Shown here piece after piece: positions 17,408 through 25,181 of a DNA stretch of 64,000 nt (positions are counted from its first letter, which is position 1; each line of letters starts with the position of its first letter). The stretch lies in contig JAPPBY010000013.1 in assembly GCA_026702615.1 (NCBI GenBank), forward strand, positions 27,521 through 91,520. Reading direction: 5' to 3'. The notes under the pieces were generated by a model, which made no database searches, was not told the DNA's origin, and saw only the letters and a program-made list of their open reading frames with translations. Made by a program: the position numbers and the translations under genes. Source of the stretch: Chloroflexota bacterium (GTDB lineage: Bacteria; Chloroflexota; Dehalococcoidia; Tepidiformales; Tepidiformaceae).

Positions 17408-18805
17408 CTAGACGTGCAGCACCCGGTCGTAGGCGTCGAGCACCGACTCGTGCATCGCCTCCGAGATGGTCGGATGCGGGAACACGGTCTCCATCAGCTC
17501 CGCCTCGGTCGTCTCCAACCCCATCGCGACGACGAACCCCTGGATCATCTCCGTCACGTCCGGGCCCACCATGTGCGCCCCGAGCAGCTCGTCCGTATCG
17601 GCGTCGAAGACCGTCTTCACCATGCCGCCCGTGTCGCCCACGGCGATCGCCTTGCCGTTCCCGACCAGTGGGAAGCGCCCGACGCGCACGTTGAAGCCGG
17701 CTTCCTGGGCCGCCGCCTCGGTCAGGCCCACGCTCGCCACCTGCGGGTGGCAGTAGGTGCAGCCGGGGATGCGACGCCGCTCCATCGGCCGCGCCGAGGG
17801 CAGCCCCGCGATGCGCTCCACGCAGATGACGCCCTCGTGCATTGCCTTGTGGGCCAGCAGCGGCGGCCCAGCGACGTCGCCGATGGCGTACAGCCCCGGC
17901 TCGCCCGTCTCCAGCCACTCGTTCACGACGATCGCCCCGCGGTCGACCGTGGCCGCCGTCGTCTCGAGCCCGAGGCCCTCGACGTTGCCCGTCACGCCCA
18001 CGGCCAGGATCGCGCGGTCGAAGGTCGCCTCGACCGTGCCGTCCTCGGTCGCAATCGTGGCCGTCACGCTGTTGTCGCCCTTCTCGAGCGACTCCACCGT
18101 GGCGTTCGTGTGCATCGTGATGCCCTGCTTCTCGAACTCCTCGCGGGCGAAGGCCGAGATCTCCTCGTCCTCCACCGGCAGGATGCGGGGCAGCACCTCC
18201 ACCACCGTTACCTCCGCCCCGAGCGACCGGTAGAAGCTCGCGAACTCGACGCCGATCGCCCCCGACCCGATGACCAGCAACGAGTCTGGCATCGTCGCCG
18301 GCACCATCGCTTCCTTGTACGTCCAGACCAGCTCGCCGTCGGGCTCCAGGCCCGGCAGCGAACGCGGCCGCGCGCCCGTCGCCACGATGACGTTGTCGGC
18401 GCCCAGCTCGGCCACGGTCTCGCCGTCCTTCTCGACGACGATCCCGCCTCCGCCCGTGAGTCGCGCCGCCCCGTCGAACACCTGGATCTTGTGCTTCCGC
18501 ATGAGGAACTTGACGCCGCTGTTGAGCTGGCGCGCCACCGACCGCGAGCGGCTCACGACCTTGTCCAGGTCGAACGAAGCCTCCGCCGTCAGGCCGTAGC
18601 GCTCGGCGTCCTGCATCTCGCGATACAGGTCGGCCGTGTGCAGGAGCGTCTTCGTGGGAATGCAGCCCCAGTTCAGGCAGATGCCACCCAGGTGCTCCCG
18701 TTCCACGAGCGCCGTCTCCAGCCCGAGCTGGGACGCGCGAATCGCGGCGACGTAGCCGCCCGGGCCGCCTCCCACCACTACGACATCGAACGTTGTTTCC
18801 GCCAT
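17408..18805 (-). CDS. lpdA: Dihydrolipoyl dehydrogenase (E3)
   Basis: FDVVVVGGGPGGYVAA, redox-active GGICLNWGCIPTK, and C-terminal HPTISE. ATG at 18805 is preceded by GGGAGGG. Confidence 0.95.
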   Translation of the reverse strand: MAETTFDVVVVGGGPGGYVAAIRASQLGLETALVEREHLGGICLNWGCIPTKTLLHTADLYREMQDAERYGLTAEASFDLDKVVSRSRSVARQLNSGVKFLMRKHKIQVFDGAARLTGGGGIVVEKDGETVAELGADNVIVATGARPRSLPGLEPDGELVWTYKEAMVPATMPDSLLVIGSGAIGVEFASFYRSLGAEVTVVEVLPRILPVEDEEISAFAREEFEKQGITMHTNATVESLEKGDNSVTATIATEDGTVEATFDRAILAVGVTGNVEGLGLETTAATVDRGAIVVNEWLETGEPGLYAIGDVAGPPLLAHKAMHEGVICVERIAGLPSARPMERRRIPGCTYCHPQVASVGLTEAAAQEAGFNVRVGRFPLVGNGKAIAVGDTGGMVKTVFDADTDELLGAHMVGPDVTEMIQGFVVAMGLETTEAELMETVFPHPTISEAMHESVLDAYDRVLHV

Positions 18806-18816
18806 CCTGCCCTCCC

Positions 18817-20205
18817 CTAGACCAGCAGCCGGAACGGCGCTTCGAGGTAGTCGCGCACCGACGCCAGGAACTGCGCCGCCGGCGCCCCGTCGAGCGCGCG
18901 GTGGTCCCAGGTCAAGCTCAGCGTCATCGCCTTCTGCCGCACGGGACGCTCCCCCTCCCAGCGCACGTCGTCGCGCAGGCGGTTCACCCCGAGGATGCCC
19001 ACCTCGGGCGGGTTGAGGATGGGCGTGAACGAGTCCACCCCGAACATGCCCAGCGTCGACACGGTAAACGTGCCGCCGGCCATGTCGTCGAGCCCGAGCT
19101 TCCCTTCGCGCGCCAGCCCCGCAAGCCGCGAGGACTCGAGCGCGATCTCCTTCAGCCCGAGCTGGTCGACGTGCCGTACTACGGGCACGACCAGCCCCTC
19201 GTCGAGCGCTACCGCCATGCCCACATGCACCTCGCCCCGCAGGTTCATTTCCGTGCCGAGGAACTGCGCGTTCATGCGCGGGTGGTCTAGCAGGGCCTTG
19301 GCCGCCGCCTTCATCACGATGTCGGTGTAGGAGGGGCGCACGCTGTCGCCTGCCCACTCCTCGATCAGCTGGCTGCGCAGCTTCACGCAGTCGTCCATGG
19401 CCACGTCCATGTCCATGGTCAGCTGCGCCGTCTCCTGCAGGCTCGCGTACATGCGCTCGGCGATGACCTTGCGCATGCCTCGCACGGCCATTACCTCGTC
19501 TTCGTGTGCCGCTGCTGGAACGGCGGGAGCCGCTGCCGGAGCAGCCGCGGGCGCGCCACCCGCTGCCGCCGCCTCAACGTCTTCTCTTGTGATACGCCCG
19601 CCGGGGCCGGTCCCCGCTACCGTCGACAGGTCGATGCCCAGCGCCTCCGCTCGTTTCCGTGCCAGCGGCGAGGCCGGCGCCGGGGCGCCCGCCGGAGCAG
19701 CTGCGGGCGCGGCTGCTGCCGCTTCGTGTGCGGTGCGCACGTCGTCTTCGGTCACGCGCCCGCGCGGTCCTGTTGCCGTAACAGTGGCGAGGTCCACGCC
19801 AAGCTCTTTCGCAAGCCGCCGCGCGGCCGGCGAGGCCGGCACACGCTCGCCCTCGGCTCGCGCCGGTGCGGCCGGAGCTGCGGCTGTCGCAGCTGCCGGC
19901 TCTGCTGCTGCGGGAGCGGCGTCCGCCGCTGGCGCGCCGCCTCCCGGCAGCACATCCGGAATCTCTTCGTCGGCGGCGTAGATCCACCCCACGACCGCTC
20001 CCGGATCGACGGTGGCCTCGGCCGGCACCAGGTGACGCACGATGCCCGCGGCTTCCGCCTCGACCTCCATCTCGACCTTCTCGGTCTCGAGCCGGTAGAG
20101 GTCCTCGCCGAGCTTCACCTCGCCGCCGTCGGGGATGTGCCACTCGGCTACGGTTCCCTCCGTCATGGTCATGCCGAGCTTCATCATGTAAATCTCGGTT
20201 GGCAT
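18817..20205 (-). CDS. Dihydrolipoamide acyltransferase (E2) with one lipoyl domain and two peripheral-subunit-binding domains
   Basis: Lipoyl motif LETEKVEMEV. Two PSBD-like segments (SPAARRLAKELGVDLATVTATGPRGRVTEDDV and SPLARKRAEALGIDLSTVAGTGPGGRITREDV). Catalytic DHRALDGA. Confidence 0.9.
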   Translation of the reverse strand: MPTEIYMMKLGMTMTEGTVAEWHIPDGGEVKLGEDLYRLETEKVEMEVEAEAAGIVRHLVPAEATVDPGAVVGWIYAADEEIPDVLPGGGAPAADAAPAAAEPAAATAAAPAAPARAEGERVPASPAARRLAKELGVDLATVTATGPRGRVTEDDVRTAHEAAAAAPAAAPAGAPAPASPLARKRAEALGIDLSTVAGTGPGGRITREDVEAAAAGGAPAAAPAAAPAVPAAAHEDEVMAVRGMRKVIAERMYASLQETAQLTMDMDVAMDDCVKLRSQLIEEWAGDSVRPSYTDIVMKAAAKALLDHPRMNAQFLGTEMNLRGEVHVGMAVALDEGLVVPVVRHVDQLGLKEIALESSRLAGLAREGKLGLDDMAGGTFTVSTLGMFGVDSFTPILNPPEVGILGVNRLRDDVRWEGERPVRQKAMTLSLTWDHRALDGAPAAQFLASVRDYLEAPFRLLV

Positions 20206-20206
20206 C

Positions 20207-21254
20207 TCATCCCCCGTCCTGTTGGAGTTGCTGTTCCTCTGGCGAGCCGCCGGCTGCCTCGTCGTTGCGATACAAACCCACGCACGCTGCGTACTCCAGC
20301 GTCGCGTGGACGTCGATGACCCAGGGACCATCCCGGGCTACTCGGAGTGTAGCCGCTTGCCCCGGTTTCAACACACGCTCGCGTTCGCCGTCGAACGCGA
20401 GCACCCCCGGTCCCGCCACGGTGACCGGTTCCCCGAGCGGGAGTCGTGCGTGTGAACGCACGGCGATGGGCTCGTACAGCCCCGGCGCGATCGGCGCGAG
20501 CAGGGAGACGCCCCCCTCGCCGGGTCCGAGCGTCAGGTGCAGCGCCTCGTCCTCGTCCGGCGTCAGCGGCGCCAGCAAGCCCCCGATGGAGGTGATCCCC
20601 ACCGCAGACGGCTCCGCCCTTGTGACGACTGCCTCGCGCAGGCGCTGTCCGCCCCAGATCGCGCGTGATCCAACGAACCGGTCTGCCGCCAGCACGGCAT
20701 CGACGAGGGCGATGTCGTCTCGTTCGCCCTCGATCTCGACGTGCACGGCCTTCACCTGTCTCGCGACCCGCTCCAGCGGCACCCGGCCGCTCGCCACGAG
20801 CCCCGCTGCCGAGCCCGCCACCGTCGCCTCGACCATCGTCGGGAAGACGTTGTTCGTGCCCGTCGAGACGGGCACGAGGGGCGCGTCCCGCCAGCCGAGC
20901 GCGAAAGCCCGGTTCGTGCCGTCGCCACCGAGCGTGATGACCGCTCCGCAACCCTCTGCCCGCAGCGATTCCGCCGCGCGGATGGTGTCGAGCGTACTCG
21001 CGGTGTGCGTCGCCTCCACGGCGACGAAGGTGGCCTCGTCGCCGAACTCCTCGGCCGCCGCCGCCGTAATGCCGTGCGTGTCGGGCATGTACCGGAAATC
21101 GCGCACACCACTCGCGAGCGCGCCCACGATGGCGCGCCGCACGATCGCGCGCTTCTCCTGGTTGTCGAAGACCGACGCGCGCGCAACGAGGCGGCGGATG
21201 TCCTTCCCCGAAGCGGGGTTCGCGGCGATCCCGAGCGGGAGTGAGCTGGTCAGG
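20207..21254 (-). CDS. ATP-NAD kinase-like (AcoX-type) protein; start codon unresolved
   Basis: GGDGT motif (VITLGGDGTN). The first canonical start is GTG at 21142, but a family-like N-terminus (LGIAANPASGKDIRRLVARASVFDNQEKRAIV) lies upstream with only CTG/ATC codons, in frame with the E1beta stop. The stop is 1 nt from the E2 ATG. Confidence 0.6.
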
Positions 21255-21256
21255 GC

Positions 21257-22261
21257 CTAGCCCAGCCCGAGGATGCTTCGCGCCTCGGCCGCAATACGCT
21301 CGGCGTTGGGCACGTACGTCTGCTCCAGCACCGGGCTGAACGGAACCGGCGAGAACGGCGCCGCCACGCGGCCCACGGGCGCGTCGAGGTGGTCGAATGC
21401 CAGCTCGGCGATCTGGGCCGCGATCTCCGCGCCCACGCCGCCAAAGCGGACCGCCTCGTGCACCACGAGCGCGTTATGCGTCTTCGAGACCGAATCGATG
21501 ATCGTGTCCGTATCCAGCGGCTGCAGCCACAGCGGGTCGATCACCTCGGCGCTCACACCCTCGCCCTCGAGGATGTCGGCCGCCTTCGTGGCCTCGTGGA
21601 TCATGCGGCCGTGGGCCACGATCGTGAGCCCGTCGCCTTCGCGCCGCACTACCGCCTTGCCGATGGGGAGATCGTAGGGCTCCTCCGGTACCTCGCCCGG
21701 AAGCGCCATCAAGCCCTTGCACATCACGACGAACACGGGGTTCGGCTCGCGCGCGGCGGTAATGATCGCGCCCTTCACGTCGTACGCCGTCGCCGGCATC
21801 ACGACCTTCAGGCCCGGAGTGTGGCACAGCCACGCCTCCAGGCTCTGGGAGTGCTGCGCCGCCAGGTTCATGCCCGCGCCCGACATCGTCAGAACGGTCA
21901 CTGGCAGCGTCGCCTTGCCGCCGAACATGTACCGCATCTTCGCGAGCTGGTTGACGATCTCATCCATGCACTCCCCGATGAAGTCCATGAACATAATGTC
22001 GACGATTGGCTTGAGGCCCGTGGCCCCGGCCCCCACCGCCAGCCCGATGATGCCGGACTCGCTGATGGGGGTGTCGATCACGCGATCCGGCCCGAACTCG
22101 TCGAGCAAGCCGCGGTAGATGCCGAACACGCTGCCGGCGCCGGCGACGTCCTCGCCGGCCATGAACGCCAGCGGCTCCTCCTGGAGCGCCTGTCGGACGC
22201 CCTCCGTGATCGCGAGGGTGTAAACGAGTTGCCGCCCGGCGGGCGCTTCTGCTGCGGTCAT
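21257..22261 (-). CDS. 2-oxoacid (acetoin/pyruvate/BCKA-type) dehydrogenase E1 component, beta subunit
   Basis: 334 aa. Transketolase-like Pyr and C-terminal domains: MAGEDV...GIYRGL, VIDTPISE, and a GR..H-type segment (VAHGRMIHEA). Confidence 0.9.
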   Translation of the reverse strand: MTAAEAPAGRQLVYTLAITEGVRQALQEEPLAFMAGEDVAGAGSVFGIYRGLLDEFGPDRVIDTPISESGIIGLAVGAGATGLKPIVDIMFMDFIGECMDEIVNQLAKMRYMFGGKATLPVTVLTMSGAGMNLAAQHSQSLEAWLCHTPGLKVVMPATAYDVKGAIITAAREPNPVFVVMCKGLMALPGEVPEEPYDLPIGKAVVRREGDGLTIVAHGRMIHEATKAADILEGEGVSAEVIDPLWLQPLDTDTIIDSVSKTHNALVVHEAVRFGGVGAEIAAQIAELAFDHLDAPVGRVAAPFSPVPFSPVLEQTYVPNAERIAAEARSILGLG

Positions 22262-22271
22262 TGGTTCGCTC

Positions 22272-23270
22272 CTAACTCGCCGCCGTGGGCGTGTAGACGT
22301 CGTTGAGCAGGTCCGCCGGATCCGGCAGCGGGCTGTTCTCGGCGAATTCGATCGATTCCGTGATGTCGGCCATCACCGCGTCGTGCACCGCCTGGATCTC
22401 TTCCTCGGTCATGACGCCCATCTCGACGAGCCGCTTCTCGTGCTGCTCGATCGGGTCGCGCTTCTTCCACTCCTCGAGTTCCTCGTCGGTGCGGTAGTTC
22501 AGGCCGATGCCGCGCAGGCCGACGTGGTCGACATAGCGGTACGTCTTGCACTCAACCAGCGTGGGACCGCCGCCCGAGCGCGCTCGCTCGATCGCTTCGC
22601 CCGCGGCCTCCCAGACCGCGACCGCGTCCATGCCGTCGCAAATGACGCCCGGCATGCCGTAGCCGGCCGCACGGTCCGCGATGTCGCTGATCGCCTGGTG
22701 GTCTTCCTGGCGGGTGAACTCGCCGAAGCCGTTGTTCTCGCAGACGAACACTACCGGCAGCTTCCAGATGGCCGCCATGTTCGCGGCCTCGTGGAATGCG
22801 CCCTCGTTCGTCGCGCCGTCGCCGAAGAAGGGGACGGCGACGTTCATCGAGTCGCGTCCTGCGATGCGGGCGAGGTACTTGTTCGAGAAGGCGGCGCCCA
22901 CGGCGATCGGCGGTCCTGCCGCCACGATGCCGTTCGCGCCGAGCATGCCCGCATCCACGTTCGAGATGTGCATGCTCCCGCCGCGGCCCTTGTTGTAGCC
23001 GGTCTCCCGGCCGTACAGCTCCGCGTACATCTTCTTGAACTCGCCGCCCTTGGCCACCAGGTGTCCGTGGCCGCGATGCGTGCTCGTGATCTGGTCCTGG
23101 TCGCTGAGGTGCACCATCACACCCGAAGCGACTGCTTCCTCGCCGATGTACAGGTGCAGCGCCCCCGGCGACTTGCCCTGTTCCATCAGCTTGCCCGCCT
23201 CTTCCTCGAAGTGGCGAATTCGCACCATCCGGAAGTGCAGGTCCTGCAGGACCTCTTCGCTTGGTTCCAT
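22272..23270 (-). CDS. 2-oxoacid dehydrogenase E1 component, alpha subunit (TPP-binding)
   Basis: TPP motif FFGDGATNEGAFHEAANMAAIWKLPVVFVCENNG. Start set at ATG 23270 (MEPSEE); GTG at 23291, preceded by GGAGGA, is an alternative. Confidence 0.85.
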   Translation of the reverse strand: MEPSEEVLQDLHFRMVRIRHFEEEAGKLMEQGKSPGALHLYIGEEAVASGVMVHLSDQDQITSTHRGHGHLVAKGGEFKKMYAELYGRETGYNKGRGGSMHISNVDAGMLGANGIVAAGPPIAVGAAFSNKYLARIAGRDSMNVAVPFFGDGATNEGAFHEAANMAAIWKLPVVFVCENNGFGEFTRQEDHQAISDIADRAAGYGMPGVICDGMDAVAVWEAAGEAIERARSGGGPTLVECKTYRYVDHVGLRGIGLNYRTDEELEEWKKRDPIEQHEKRLVEMGVMTEEEIQAVHDAVMADITESIEFAENSPLPDPADLLNDVYTPTAAS

Positions 23271-23411
23271 TGCCTGGCTGCTGTTGGCCACGGCATCCTC
23301 CGTGCACAGTGGGATAGGGACGCCGTCGCGGGCGTCCGAGCGCCCGAGCATCGTACAGGACCACTCCGACACGACAAAGGCGCGGGGCCCCTACCCGCCT
23401 GCACTTTCGTA

Positions 23412-23443
23412 GCAGTGCGCGACTCTCTAGAATCGCGCACTGC
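23412..23443. promoter_or_regulatory. Near-perfect 32-bp palindrome in the divergent E1alpha/SDR intergenic region
   Basis: GCAGTGCGCGA-ctctctagaa-TCGCGCACTGC: 11-bp perfect arms, 14 of 16 positions symmetric. It embeds a TAGAAT -10-like hexamer at 23428..23433. Confidence 0.5.
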
Positions 23444-23508
23444 CAAACAGGCGGCCGCGGCCCTGGATCCGCCCGGTCGCACCCAATAACTAGGGAGGTT
23501 CCCACACC

Positions 23509-24306
23509 ATGGATCTTGGACTGCAAGGCAAGAAGGCCCTCGTCACGGCCGCCAGCCAGGGCATCGGCAACTTCATCGCGAACACCCTCGCCGCCGAAGG
23601 CGCCGATGTCGCCATCTGCGCCCGCACCGCGGAGCGGGTTGATGCCGCCGTCGAGGGGCTTAAGTCCCACGGCACCAACGTCTGTGGCGCCGCCTGCGAC
23701 GTCGGCGACGGCGACGCTCTCAAGGCCTGGGTCGAGGCCAGCGCCGCCGAGCTCGGCGGCATCGACATCTACGTCAGCAACGCCTCCGCCGGTGGCGGCG
23801 GCTCGCTCTGGAACGAGCACTTCGCCATCGACATGATGGGCACCGTCAACGGCGTCGATGCCGCCCTCCCGTTCCTCACCGAGTCGGAGGCCGCCAGCGT
23901 CGTCGTCATCAGCACGTCGGCTGCAGTCGAGGCCTTCCCGCCGCCGCCGGCGACCTCCGCCGGCGCCTACGGCGCCATGAAGGCCGCCCTGCTCAACTAC
24001 GCGTCCTTCGCTGCTCAGCAGCACGCGCCTGCGGGCATCCGCTTCAACGTCGTGTCCCCCGGCCCCACCTACTTCGAGGGTGGTCCGTGGCACAACATCG
24101 AGCAGGCCATGCCGCCGTTCTTCGAGATGATCGCGAACGGCATCCCCCTGCGCAGCAAGAGCAAGCCCGACACCCTCGCCGGCCAGATGGGCAGCGGCGA
24201 AGAGGTGGCGAACGTCGCCGCCTTCCTCGCCAGCCCGGCTTCCAGCCACACCACCGGCGTCAACGTCGTCGTCGACGGCGGCTTCACCCGCCGCGTCGCC
24301 TTCTAG
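23509..24306 (+). CDS. SDR-family oxidoreductase
   Basis: KKALVTAASQGIG glycine-rich motif and YGAMK catalytic motif. GGGAGG Shine-Dalgarno sequence. Confidence 0.85.
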   Translation: MDLGLQGKKALVTAASQGIGNFIANTLAAEGADVAICARTAERVDAAVEGLKSHGTNVCGAACDVGDGDALKAWVEASAAELGGIDIYVSNASAGGGGSLWNEHFAIDMMGTVNGVDAALPFLTESEAASVVVISTSAAVEAFPPPPATSAGAYGAMKAALLNYASFAAQQHAPAGIRFNVVSPGPTYFEGGPWHNIEQAMPPFFEMIANGIPLRSKSKPDTLAGQMGSGEEVANVAAFLASPASSHTTGVNVVVDGGFTRRVAF

Positions 24307-24392
24307 TTCACGTAGAGCGGGAGTCCCGCGCCGGCACGCTCCGGTGCGGGACTCTTCGCGCTCCGCCGCGCACATCCTGCAGGGAGGCCCCC

Positions 24393-25169
24393 ATGCCGAG
24401 AATCGACGCCTACCTCATCGCGGGTGGCAAGTGGCACGACATCAACTTCGCCCGGCTCGAGGTCCTGAAGCTCCTTCACGAGGATGACGACGTTCGCGTC
24501 CGCGTCGGCGAGGACTACCGCGACACCGAGGCCATCGCCGCCGCCGACTTCCTCATCAGCTACACCTGCGACGTCCACCCCACCGTTGAGGAGCAGGAGA
24601 ACGTCCGCGACTTCGTCGCCTCGGGCAAGCGCTGGTTCGCCCTCCACGCCACCAACTCCGTCATGGAGTTCAGGGCCGATGGCGTCCACTGCCCCCGCGA
24701 CTATCCCATCCTCATGGAAACCCTGGGCAGCCAGTTCATCGCTCACCCCGCTATCGAGCCCTACCCGATTACCGTCAGCGAATCCGCGAAGGACCATCCC
24801 CTCGTGGCCGGAATCGAGCCATGGCAGTGCGAGGACGAACTCTACCTCTCCGAGTACCACGGCGAGATCATTCCCCTTATGGAAACCCGCTTCAGCGGGG
24901 ACAGCGGCCCCGGCTTCACCGAGCACGAGTGGCCCGACGACGAACCCCGCCTCGTCATGTACCTCCACCCCGTGGGCGAGGGCGAAGTCCTGTACCTCAC
25001 CCCCGGCCACCGGCGCTCGAAGTACGACATGCAGGACCCGCCCCTGAGCGTCCCCGAATGGCCCGTCCCTGAACTGGGCGCGTGGGCCGAGCCCACCTAC
25101 TACGAACTGCTCCGCCGCGGCATCGAGTGGGCCAAGGAGCCCGTACGCGCGGCAGCGGCCACTGGCTAG
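24393..25169 (+). CDS. ThuA-domain (class I glutamine amidotransferase-like) protein
   Basis: N-terminal LIAGGKWHD... and FVASGKRWFALHAT. AGGGAGG Shine-Dalgarno sequence upstream of ATG 24393. Confidence 0.65.
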   Translation: MPRIDAYLIAGGKWHDINFARLEVLKLLHEDDDVRVRVGEDYRDTEAIAAADFLISYTCDVHPTVEEQENVRDFVASGKRWFALHATNSVMEFRADGVHCPRDYPILMETLGSQFIAHPAIEPYPITVSESAKDHPLVAGIEPWQCEDELYLSEYHGEIIPLMETRFSGDSGPGFTEHEWPDDEPRLVMYLHPVGEGEVLYLTPGHRRSKYDMQDPPLSVPEWPVPELGAWAEPTYYELLRRGIEWAKEPVRAAAATG

Positions 25170-25181
25170 GCCCGACGCTCC

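Noticed and set aside
16412-18820. An 802-aa plus-strand ORF, and similar long ORFs (9612..11252 -, 22552..24375 -, 27679..29565 -, 54699..56606 +, 56946..58244 -, 62774..63979 -).
   Set aside because: They lie antisense to, or out of frame with, genes that have strong family motifs. Their translations are Arg/Gly/Pro/Ala/His-rich low-complexity strings, as expected from stop-poor alternative frames in roughly 70% GC DNA.
21257-21259. Programmed TAG readthrough producing an E1beta-AcoX fusion protein.
   Set aside because: The frame allows it, but nothing in the sequence supports it, and non-canonical initiation or reinitiation is simpler. It is mentioned only as an alternative under the start-codon finding.
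23271-23508. A sigma-54 promoter (TGGCAC-N5-TTGC) upstream of the E1alpha gene, as in AcoR-regulated acetoin operons.
   Set aside because: I found no GG-N10-GC element with the correct spacing by eye on the minus strand, and there is no AcoR-like activator gene in the window.
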